From an uncultured virus (IMG/VR IMGVR_UViG_3300042898_006229) (taxonomy: Duplodnaviria; Heunggongvirae; Uroviricota; Caudoviricetes): 64,000 nt of DNA. How positions within the stretch are numbered: the stretch's first letter is position 1; every line of letters begins with the position of its first letter. The position numbers and the translations under genes are program-made. Below are positions 47,293 to 58,300 of the stretch, piece after piece. The stretch is taken from IMG/VR virus record IMGVR_UViG_3300042898_006229; one strand, given 5' to 3'. The notes under the pieces were generated by a model. It was not told where the DNA came from, did not search any database, and saw only the letters and a list, made by a program, of their open reading frames with translations.

Positions 47293-49836
47293 ATGTCAGA
47301 TTTTTACATTGTCCCACCCAGATTAATAGTTGGATCGCTGCAAAGATCTAATGTAGTCACATCTTTAAATACTTTAAAAGGTGATTTATCATTTAAGGTC
47401 TCGCCAGATACTGGTTTAACACTAAACATAAACAGTGGCGTTTTCAATTTATCCATTCAACCAGATTTTTATATCAAAAAATCTGGAGACATAGTACCGT
47501 CTAACATTATTTTTCAACCAGATCCAGGCAAGTATGGTTTAGCTGTTGGATCTGGATTAACTGATCCGGGCGTAGGTGTTGGTGGTGCTTTATTCTTTAA
47601 TACCACTTACAATGTCCTGAAAGTTTATGATGGCTCTACTTGGAATGAAATTGCTTCTACGGGTACATCTGGAATAACACAGTCTTTTGCAGACACAAGA
47701 TATTTGCGACTTGATGGTGGAAATGTTCCCACTTCAGCAATATCTATGGGAAGTCAATTCCTTAGATTAGCAAACCTTACAACTAGAATATCAGCAGGAA
47801 CAGCTGGTCAAGTTTATTATAATACTGACACTAATAAATTAGATTTATATAATGGTAGTTCTTGGGTTCCTGTAGGCAGTGGAATTACTCAATTAAATGC
47901 TGGTAATGGAATTACTTTATCAAATAATCCAATTACCACATTTGGAACAGTTTCAGTAGATCAATCATATAATTTCAACTGGACCGGAACTCACACTTAT
48001 TCACAACCTATAACATTTTCTGCAAGCCAAACATTTGATGCTAGTAAATTAACAATTGCATATGAAGTTCAAGGCGATATATTACATTTCAATGGCACTA
48101 ATTGGGCAAGATTACCACTAGGAACACCAAATCAAGTCTTATCTGTTTCTAACTGTGGTGGTGATGTTGAATGGCATAGTTTGGTTGCTGGTCCTGGAAT
48201 TGCAATCACCTATGATGCTGGAAGTCTAGTATTTTCAAACACTGGTGGCACTGGCAGTGGTGGTAGTGGAACTGGGTCTAGCACAATTGGAACACCAACT
48301 GACTCTACATATACTGATGGTTTCTTTTCAACTTGGACTGATAATACTACAATCTCCAATGCTTTTGATGATGTTAATGAATTATTAGCTTTATTAGCCC
48401 CAGCAAGACCTAGTTACTTAACTGGCACATCTTTAGTGGCAAGTAGTACTCCTACCTACTACACTGTAAGGATTTCTGCTGGTTTAGGAACTGAATGGTA
48501 TCAAGCTGGTTATGGAACAGGTAGTCTAATATCTAGTAAATATTATCTATCTGGAGCTCATACACTAAGTACAGCAAATACTAGCACTACTTTTTCCGCT
48601 GGTAGCTTGACAACATCAACTTATGGAACAATATTCTTTAAAAGGTATAATTATTTAGCTCCAACAGGGGCTGGTGTTGGGACTATTGATCTGACTGTAA
48701 ATTACACTGTTGGATTTACAAATAATAATCTTAAGCTTACCGCTTTAGGTACTTATAATAGTATATGGACTAAAGCAAATGCTCAAATTCTCACATATAC
48801 GCAACCCAATCCTGGATATGAGGGTGTATTCATTTCCCACACTGAGAACAGTCAATTGACAAACACATATGAAATGTGGAAAGATCCTTGGTCAGCATCT
48901 AATGGTAGTCCAGTTTTTTCACAGGCAGCTACTGCAGCTACTTACAGTCAATCAGATAAATGGCTTTCGGGAATTTCTTACTACGCTTCAGGAACTGGAT
49001 TTAGTGTTTATTTCAAAGGTGCAGCTGGCATTTATAGTTGTGCATATAATGTAACACAAGTTTATGCAATTTCAGCTACTGGATTAAACACAGCAACTGG
49101 TTTACCAGCAAGTCCACCTTTATTTACTGACGAATTAGATAAATCAGGCTCTAATCACGTTAGAGTATCATTGTCTGTGGCAAACCAGTCTTCTTTCAAT
49201 AAATATTTGACAACAACGATTTACAAAGCTCACGGAACAACTGCAACTTCTTTAGCAACAATATCTAAAGCAATTAATACTTATGGGACAACTTCTACAG
49301 ACACATTTGATGGTTTCCAAGATGAGGCAAGAAGATTGGTTATAGGATCAGGAATAGCATTCACTTCAACTTTGGAAATGGCTAGCGGTAATGCTCAAGT
49401 TAGATCTGGCACATTACAATATCCATTAGCATCTGATTATGATACTCAATGGGGCGGTACACACACTTTCTCTGGTGATCAAGAATATCAGAGATATTTT
49501 TACAAAACATCAGCAAGTACTGGAACTTTAACTTTTGGAGGCTTTACTGCTTCAAATGTAGCACCTTATGGAACTGGTAGCATCAATGTTTTACTCTATT
49601 TAGATGGAGACGCTTTATGGTTTGATTTGGGTGTTTTGCAAGGATCAAATGCTAATGATGGATCTTCCAGATCAGCAGCAATTTCAGCAAAAACATCGGC
49701 TTCAGGTGGCGCATTAGGCTGGTCAATAGGAGTCAAGACTACAGGTGTATCAGGTGCTGGTAATTCGGCTAGATATAGAGCTGTAATTATTTTTAGAAAT
49801 AATACATATAGTATGACGAGTATAACGAGCTCATAA
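47293..49836 (+). CDS. Tail fibre/appendage-type structural protein
   Basis: G..FFN.T...L.VY.G..W repeats, GD.L...G..W.RL..G...QVL, IGTPTD.TYTDG. Confidence 0.7.
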   Translation: MSDFYIVPPRLIVGSLQRSNVVTSLNTLKGDLSFKVSPDTGLTLNINSGVFNLSIQPDFYIKKSGDIVPSNIIFQPDPGKYGLAVGSGLTDPGVGVGGALFFNTTYNVLKVYDGSTWNEIASTGTSGITQSFADTRYLRLDGGNVPTSAISMGSQFLRLANLTTRISAGTAGQVYYNTDTNKLDLYNGSSWVPVGSGITQLNAGNGITLSNNPITTFGTVSVDQSYNFNWTGTHTYSQPITFSASQTFDASKLTIAYEVQGDILHFNGTNWARLPLGTPNQVLSVSNCGGDVEWHSLVAGPGIAITYDAGSLVFSNTGGTGSGGSGTGSSTIGTPTDSTYTDGFFSTWTDNTTISNAFDDVNELLALLAPARPSYLTGTSLVASSTPTYYTVRISAGLGTEWYQAGYGTGSLISSKYYLSGAHTLSTANTSTTFSAGSLTTSTYGTIFFKRYNYLAPTGAGVGTIDLTVNYTVGFTNNNLKLTALGTYNSIWTKANAQILTYTQPNPGYEGVFISHTENSQLTNTYEMWKDPWSASNGSPVFSQAATAATYSQSDKWLSGISYYASGTGFSVYFKGAAGIYSCAYNVTQVYAISATGLNTATGLPASPPLFTDELDKSGSNHVRVSLSVANQSSFNKYLTTTIYKAHGTTATSLATISKAINTYGTTSTDTFDGFQDEARRLVIGSGIAFTSTLEMASGNAQVRSGTLQYPLASDYDTQWGGTHTFSGDQEYQRYFYKTSASTGTLTFGGFTASNVAPYGTGSINVLLYLDGDALWFDLGVLQGSNANDGSSRSAAISAKTSASGGALGWSIGVKTTGVSGAGNSARYRAVIIFRNNTYSMTSITSS

Positions 49837-49837
49837 T

Positions 49838-52237
49838 ATGCCCTGGACACAAACAGATACAAGTTTTAAGAAGTTAAGTAATAAAAGAGTTACTACTAGC
49901 GTTGGTAAGGGTCTGCCAGAAGAAAAAGGTGCATCAACTCTTGAACTGTATTTGCCAGACATTAAAACTGGATTAATTCCAGGAACAGGTTTTGCTGGTT
50001 ATGGTGTTTCAGGTTATTTATTTTATCATGGTCCTACTGCTGCTTTTGGACAAACTTTAGCAGTTGATACATCCGTCCCTGGAAATCTAACTTGGTTTGC
50101 GACATCAGGTTGGGGAAATACTACTGTTGCTAATGATGGCACAGCTGGTTCAGAAGCTCAAAGATTAGGAGATTGGGTTTCTGATAAGTATGATGCTTTT
50201 GGTACAGTTCCTGGTGCTGGTTATGAAATTAAGGTTTATGATAGAAATGATAACTTAATTACAAAATCTGATAGCTCAAACTGGCTTTTTGATTACCAAA
50301 CTGGAATTTTAGTTTTCAATCAAGATGCAACAAGTATTAGCACCCTTATTTCTACAAGTGGTCCTTTTAAGATTGTTGGATGGAGATATATTGGTCCAAA
50401 AGGTATCATTCCAGCATCAAATGGCGGCCTAGGTTTTACTTCTTATAATTTGGGTGATTTGATTGTTGGTGCTGGATCCACAATTATTCCATTTCCTGTT
50501 GGCACCAATAATTATATTCTTTCTGCTGATTCATCTACTTCATCTGGACTAAGCTGGATTCCTAATACAGGCGGTGGTGGATCAGGAATTTCTTCGCTTA
50601 ATAACTTAACTTCTGGTGAGCAATATTTTGCAACAGGAATTTCAGGTGTTGGATTTAATATATCCTCTTCTGGCTCAACTCATACATTTAATATACCTAT
50701 TGCTGGTATTGGCATTACTGGTTTAATTACTGGAATAGCACAAACTATCGATGGTTCAAAAACTTTTACTAGCGATACTATATTTTCTTCAAGCACAATT
50801 TCCACTTCAACTTCTACTGGTGCTTTAGTTGTTTCAGGTGGAGTAGGCATAGGTGGAAGTTTATTTGTTACTAGTTCATTGCCATCTAGTATTTCTGGAA
50901 TAGTTGTAAATAATGGCGTAATAACATCTGGATCCTGGGCTGGCAGCTTAATCACAGGTTTTTATGGTGGCACGGGATACAACTCATATACTAAAGGTGA
51001 TATATTAGTTGGTTCTGGTAACACATTTGTTAAGCTTCCAGTAGGGTCAGACAATTACATACTTGCTGCAGACAATACTACTCCTTCTGGTCTCAAATGG
51101 GTAGTTAATTCAGGCGGTGGAGGTACTGGCACTGGCACTTCGGTTTATATTGGAGAAACTCCACCCCCATATTCTTCAAATGCTGGTGACCTTTGGTACA
51201 ATTCTGAAAACGGCGCATTAAATATTTATTACGTTGATGTAGATACCTCACAATGGGTAGAAATCAACAGTGCATTTGGTGGTGTAGATCCTCCTGCTAA
51301 TTTTGGTATTGGAATTACCCAAATAAACAATATTGGATCTTCATCTCAATTTTTATATGCTGGATTTAGTGGAAATACATTTAATATTTCTTCCACAGGC
51401 AATTCACACACATTTAATATACCAGTTGCGGGTGTAGGTGTTACTGGACTTGTTTCAGGATTTGCACAAACATTTGGTGGGATAAAAACATTCCAAAATG
51501 GCTTAATTTCTGGAAATGGTGTAACAATTTATGGAAATCTAACACTATCAAATCAACCTTTATCTAGCATTTATGGTGGCACTGGAAAAACTTCTTATAA
51601 TCTTGGTGATTTATTAGTAGGCGCTGGAACATCAATAATTAACTTGCCATTAGGATCAAATGGCTATATTTTGCAAGCCAATTCTGCTTTTGCAAGTGGT
51701 TTGGGTTGGACTTATGTTTCTAATGTCAATGTTTCTGAAACTGCTCCATCACCTGCTATTACTGGTGATCTTTGGTGGAACTCTATAGATGGATCTTTAA
51801 GTGTTTATTTTGTAGATGTTGACAGTACTTCACAATGGGTTGAAATTGGCAATGGTCCTTCACAGGGGTCTGCTGGTTCAACTACAGTGATATCAGCTTC
51901 ATATTTTTTAGCAAGTTATGGCTATATAGAAACTGTATATGATTATGGTACATCTTCTGGCTCTATCACACCTGATTGGAATAATGGAAGTATACAAAAA
52001 ATAGTTTTAAATGGCGGATTAACTTTAAATGTACCAATTAATATGCAATCAGGATCCAGCTTAAAATTTATTATTAGACAAAATTCTTCTGGAAATCACA
52101 TATTGTCACCTAATGCATCATTGAAATTTAAGAGTGGTAATAAAACTTTATCAACATCTTCGAATGCCATTGATATGATAAAAATTTATTACGATGGAAC
52201 AACTTATCTTTGCGATTTAGACTTAGCTTACTCTTAA
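49838..52237 (+). CDS. Tail fibre-type structural protein
   Basis: W.FDYQ.G.L, GGTG..SY..GD..VG modules, GDLW.NS..G.L..Y..D.D..QWVE, C-terminal DW.NG..Q...L. Confidence 0.75.
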   Translation: MPWTQTDTSFKKLSNKRVTTSVGKGLPEEKGASTLELYLPDIKTGLIPGTGFAGYGVSGYLFYHGPTAAFGQTLAVDTSVPGNLTWFATSGWGNTTVANDGTAGSEAQRLGDWVSDKYDAFGTVPGAGYEIKVYDRNDNLITKSDSSNWLFDYQTGILVFNQDATSISTLISTSGPFKIVGWRYIGPKGIIPASNGGLGFTSYNLGDLIVGAGSTIIPFPVGTNNYILSADSSTSSGLSWIPNTGGGGSGISSLNNLTSGEQYFATGISGVGFNISSSGSTHTFNIPIAGIGITGLITGIAQTIDGSKTFTSDTIFSSSTISTSTSTGALVVSGGVGIGGSLFVTSSLPSSISGIVVNNGVITSGSWAGSLITGFYGGTGYNSYTKGDILVGSGNTFVKLPVGSDNYILAADNTTPSGLKWVVNSGGGGTGTGTSVYIGETPPPYSSNAGDLWYNSENGALNIYYVDVDTSQWVEINSAFGGVDPPANFGIGITQINNIGSSSQFLYAGFSGNTFNISSTGNSHTFNIPVAGVGVTGLVSGFAQTFGGIKTFQNGLISGNGVTIYGNLTLSNQPLSSIYGGTGKTSYNLGDLLVGAGTSIINLPLGSNGYILQANSAFASGLGWTYVSNVNVSETAPSPAITGDLWWNSIDGSLSVYFVDVDSTSQWVEIGNGPSQGSAGSTTVISASYFLASYGYIETVYDYGTSSGSITPDWNNGSIQKIVLNGGLTLNVPINMQSGSSLKFIIRQNSSGNHILSPNASLKFKSGNKTLSTSSNAIDMIKIYYDGTTYLCDLDLAYS

Positions 52238-52300
52238 AGAAATAAAATATATGAAATACGTAGAATACATAATAAGCACCTTCAAAAATTCGGATAAATA

Positions 52301-55300
52301 ATGGCAGCACTTAATTTTCCCCCTTCACCATCGACAAATCAGATTTATTCAGCCAATGGAAAATCTTGGAGATTTGACGGCACTAGTTGGAAAACATTTT
52401 ATATATTAAATGTTCAAGGTGGAGGAACTGGTAATACTTCTTACAATCTTGGTGATTTACTTGTTGGCGCTGGTACATCCATACTTACACTGCCAATTGG
52501 GACAAATAATTATGTCCTGACAGTAGATACCTCAACACCAACATTATTATCTTGGCAGTCAGCTTCTGGTCTTTCAATCACCAACATAAATGGTATTTCT
52601 AGTAGTCGTCAATATTTTACAGTAGGAACTTCTGGAACTGGATTTAATATAAGTTCATCAGGTTCTACACACACTTTTAACATACCAATTGCAGGCTCAG
52701 GGGCTACAGGTTTAGTATCAACTGATGCTCAAACATTTGCTGGTGAAAAAACATTTACATCTGCAATCATTGGTGATCTTACAGGTACTGCTACAACAGC
52801 AGGATTTGCATTAACTGCAAATTATTCTGATCAATCAGGGTATGGAATTACTTCTGGCCTTGCTACAACCGCAACTTATGCTCATCAAGCTGGATATGCA
52901 ATTACTTCTGGATTTGCAACTACCTCTTCTTATTCCTATGAATCTGGTTACGGCATTACATCTGGTTTTGCTACAACAGCGTCATATGCTTATCAATCAG
53001 GCTATGGAATTACATCTGGATTTGCAACTACTGCTTCATATTCCTATGAATCTGGTTACGGAATTACATCTGGATTTGCAACAACTGCATCATACGCTCA
53101 TCAGGCTGGATATGCTATTACTTCTGGAAGTTCTAACACTTCAGGATTTGCAACGACTTCTGGTTTTGCAACTACAGCATCAAACTTTAATATTTCCAGT
53201 GCATTATCTGGAACATTTTACCCAGTTCTTTCAAATACTTCATCTTCAGCTTCTGGTATTGGGGCATCAGTAAACGGTTTCTTTTCATTCAATGCATCCA
53301 CTGGAGCATTTGCTGCTACTTCTATAAATATTTTCTCTGGTCAATCTTATAGCATTGATGGAAATAGTGTTCTCTCGGCAACTTCATTAGGAACTGGAGT
53401 AACTAACTCTTCTTTAATTGCTTTAGGAACAATTACTTCTGGCGTTTGGGCTGGCACATTAATAACCGGATTCTACGGTGGTACAGGATACAACTCATAC
53501 ACCAAAGGTGATATTTTAGTTGGAGCTGGGAATACATTTATCAAATTAAATGTAGGAACAGACAACTATGTTTTAACAGCATCTTCTTTATCATCTACAG
53601 GGCTGACTTGGTCTCCAACTGCAGCAACTGGCCTAACTACACTTAATGGATTGAGTGTAGGAATTCAAGATTTAGCATTTGGTTATACTGGAACTGTACC
53701 AGGGTTTTCATCCTCCGGTTCTACTCACACTTTAAATATACCATTAGCAGGTACAGGTTCTACAGGTTTAGTTTCAACTCAAGCACAAAGTTTTGCTGGA
53801 ATTAAAACTTTTACTAACGCTGTTTCAATAACTGACAATACAGGTTCAGGATCTTACACTGCTGGTGCTTTGACAGTTACTGGTGGAGTTGGTATTGGAG
53901 GGACACTTAACGTTCAAGGTGACCTTAATGTTCAAGGCACCTTTACAACAATAAATTCCACTACCATAACAGTTGCTGATAAAAATATTGAATTAGGCGT
54001 TGTAGCAAGTCCATCTGATTTGACTGCTGAAGGTGGTGGAATTACCCTTCGTGGAGCTACAAATAAATCTATAAACTGGTATTCTGGTGTAGGTTGGTCT
54101 TCTTCTGAAAGTTTCAATTTATCTTCTGGTAATACTTATAAAATTGCTGGTACTACTGTTCTTTCTAACAATACTTTAGGAACAGGAGTAATTTTCTCAT
54201 CAATCCAAACTGCCGGAATTATCACATCAGGCACTTGGTCTGCCACAGCAATCTCAGCATTGTATGGTGGCACTGGTTTAGTTCCATCATTTACAGTTGG
54301 AGATATTCTTTACGCTAATACGTCAACTACTTGGGGAAGATTAGCTGCAAATTCAAATTCAGGATATTTATTAGCCTCTGCAGGTTCAGGAGCAACTCCT
54401 ACTTATGTAAATCCTGCTACATTATCTGTAGGCTTTGCTTCTACTGCTACTTATGCATATCAGTCTGGGTATGCAATTACATCTGGTCTTGCTACAACTG
54501 CAACTTACGCACATCAGTCTGGGTATGCAAGCACATCTGGTTTTGCTACAACTGCTTCTTATGCTTATCAATCTGGTTATGGATTAACTTCAGGCCTTGC
54601 TACTACTGCAAACTATGCGCATCAGTCAGGGTACGCAATTACGTCTGGAAGTTCAAGTACTTCGGGATTTGCCACTACTTCTGGTTTTGCAACTACAGCA
54701 TCAAATTTAAATGTATCTAATGCTGCTTCTGGTATATTCTTTCCAGTACTTTCTAATACTTCATCTACAACTTCTGGTGTTGGCGCATCTGTAAACGGTT
54801 TCTTTTCGTTCAATGCAGCTACTGGAGCTTTTGGTGCTACTTCTGTCAATATTCTATCAGGCCAATCTTATAGCATTGGTGGTAATAGTGTACTTTCAAC
54901 AACATCATTAGGCACTGGTGTTACTAACTCATCCTTGACTGCAATAGGAACTATTACTACTGGTGTTTGGGCAGGTTCATTAATAACTGGATTCTATGGT
55001 GGTACTGGTTATAACTCATACACTAAAGGTGATATTTTAGTTGGTGCTGGTTCTACATTTATTAAATTAAATGTAGGCTCTGATAATTTTGTTTTAACTG
55101 CTAACTCTTCATCTTCAACTGGTCTTACTTGGTCACCAACTGCAGCAACTGGAATAACAACACTAAATTCTTTAACTGCAACACAACAATTTTTCTCTAC
55201 TGGAACTTCTGGAACTGGATTCAATATTGCTTCTTCTGGAAGTACGCATACATTCAATATTCCAATTGCAGGTACAGGTGCAACAGGTTTAGTCTCAACT

Positions 55301-58300
55301 TTAGCACAATCTTTTGCTGGAATTAAGACATTTACTAGCGATGTAATAGTTAGTTCAACAACTGGGTCAACCGCATTCAATACTGGTTCACTTACTGTTT
55401 ATGGTGGATTAGGTGTTTCTGGTCAATTATCATTCAATCAGGCTGCTTTAGGATATACTGGCGCTTCTAACCCTTCTATTGCGTTTATTGGAAGTACAAC
55501 AGCTGCTCCAATAACCCTGACTGTTCTTTCAGATAATTCACTTCTTTGGGAAGGTACATCTGGAAAACTATTTGGTATCAATAACAATCTTTCATCAGGT
55601 TGGATTTTCAATGTTGGAGATATATCTGGTCTTCCAATAATTCGTGCCAATGCTGATGGAACAATTGCAATGGCCGAATTTGCAGCCAATGTAGGTATAG
55701 GTCTTTCAAATCCATCTTACAAATTGCATGTTGCTGGTGATACTAATTTATCATCTACCTATGTTTATAGAATCAACGGTACTCAAGTTCTTTCAGCCTC
55801 ATCTTTAGGCACTGGAGTAACTAATTCTTCACTAACAGCAGTAGGAACACTTTCCACTGGTGTTTGGGCAGCAACTGCAATTACTGCTTTTTATGGTGGT
55901 ACAGGATACAACTCATATACTAAAGGTGATATTCTTGTTGGAGCTGGCAGTACATTCATTAAGTTGGGTGTAGGTACAGATAGTTATGTTTTAACTGCCA
56001 ACTCTTCATCTTCAACAGGTTTGACTTGGTCTCCAACTGCTGCAACTGGATTAACAACCTTAAATGGCTTAAATGTAGGATTACAATATTTTGCCACAGG
56101 AACTTCTGGAACTGGATTTAATATATCTTCTTCTGGATCTACACATACATTCAATATACCAATAGCAGGCTCTGGTGCAACTGGTCTTATATCAACACTT
56201 GCTCAAACAATTGCAGGTCAGAAAACATTTACAAGCGCTATCATCGGTGACCTTACAGGTACTGCTACAACTGCTAGTTTTGCGTCTACAGCAAATTATG
56301 CACATCAATCAGGATATGCAATAACTTCCGGATTTGCTACAACCGCTAATTATTCATATCAATCTGGTTATGGAATAACCTCAGGATTTGCTACAACAGC
56401 TAGCTATGCATATCAATCTGGATATGCAATAACGTCAGGTTCATCTGCATTCGCTACTACTGCAACATATTCACATCAAGCTGGATATGCGATTACTTCA
56501 GGATTTGCAACAACAGCTGGTTATGCATATCAATCTGGATATGGAATAACGTCTGGTTTTGCCACAACTGCAAATTATGCTTATCAATCCGGGTATGCAA
56601 TTACCTCAGGATTTGCTGCTACATCAAGTTACTCCTATCAATCAGGGTATGCTATAACTTCTGGTTTAGCTAGTACTGCAACATTAGCACTTACAGTTTC
56701 TTCTAACAATACAATTGTAAATGCTGATTACAACATCCCATTCTTTAGTGGAACAGCTTTATCAACTAATAACAGTTTATATTACAACCCATCCACAGGT
56801 AGATTTAACGCACCTATTCACACTGGTTCTTGGGCTGGAAACACCATCACTTCATTCTACGGTGGCACTGGTTTCCAAACTTACAGTACTGGTGATTTAC
56901 TAGTTGGTGCTGGTGCAACATTATCTAAACTATCTGTTGGTACTAATAATTTTATTTTAGTTGCAGATAGTGCTGTTCCAGGTGGTATCAAGTGGGCTAA
57001 TGTATCTGGTTTTGCAATTACCAACATAAACGGTTTAACTGCATCTAAACAAGACCTAGCGTTTGGTTATTCTGGAACTGTCCCTGCCTTTTCATCTTCT
57101 GGCTCAACACATACACTAAATATTCCAATTGCTGGTACAGGTGCTACAGGCTTAGTGTCTACACAAGCACAAAGTTTTGCCGGAATCAAAACTTTCACAA
57201 ATGCTGTTTCAATAACAGATAGCACAGGTTCAGGTTCTTATACTACTGGCGCTTTAGTTGTTACTGGTGGAGTAGGAGTAGGCGGAACACTTAATGTCCA
57301 AGGCGACCTTAATGTTCAAGGTACATTTACTACAATCAATTCGACAACAATAACAGTTGCTGATAAAAATATTGAACTTGGTGTTGTTGCAAGCCCATCT
57401 GATTTGACTGCTCAAGGTGGAGGTATCACTTTACGTGGTGCTACTGATAAATCTATAAACTGGTATTCTGGGGTGGGTTGGTCATCTTCAGAAAGTTTTA
57501 ATTTAGCATCAGGCAACACTTTCAAAATAAATGGCACCAATGTTATTTCAAGTTCTTCTCTTGGAACAGGTGTAACAAATTCTTCACTTACTGCTGTAGG
57601 AACAATTACCACTGGAGTTTGGTCTGCAACTGCAGTTACAGCATTGTATGGTGGAACTGGATTAGTTCCTTCATTTACTGTTGGAGATATTCTTTACGCT
57701 AACACTACAAGCACTTGGGGAAGACTAACTGCAGATTCAAATTCTGGATATGTATTAGTTTCTGCAGGTTCTGGTGCTACTCCAACATATGTAGCACCAT
57801 CTACTTTGTCTGTAGGATTTGCTTCCACTTCAAGTTATTCTTATCAATCTGGTTATGCAATAACAGCAGGTTTAGCTACAACTGCTGCGTACTCACATCA
57901 AGCAGGGTACGCTATTACTTCAGGGTTAGCCACAACAGCCACTTACGCTCATCAGTCTGGTTATGGTATAACTGCTGGTTTAGCCACTACTGCAACATAC
58001 GCCCATCAATCTGGATATGCAATAACTTCTGGATTTGCAACTACTGCTACAAATATAAATGTTGTTTCAGCTACCACAAATACTAACCATCGAGTATTGT
58101 TTACTCCAGCATCAGGAACTGCTTCTGGAGCAGCTGTTTCAACAGAAAATACTTTTGTATACAATCCATTCACAGATATTCTTTCTGTATCTGGATTGGC
58201 AGTCACAGGTTCAACTGTATCTACAAGCTCAACTACTGGAGCTTTAGTTGTAACAGGCGGTGTAGGTATCGGCGGAACAGTATATACAGCCACTGACTTA

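Noticed and set aside
52800..58050. Periodic 54-bp DNA repeats as a CRISPR or ncRNA array
   Set aside because: They are coding, degenerate at third codon positions, and lack unique spacers.
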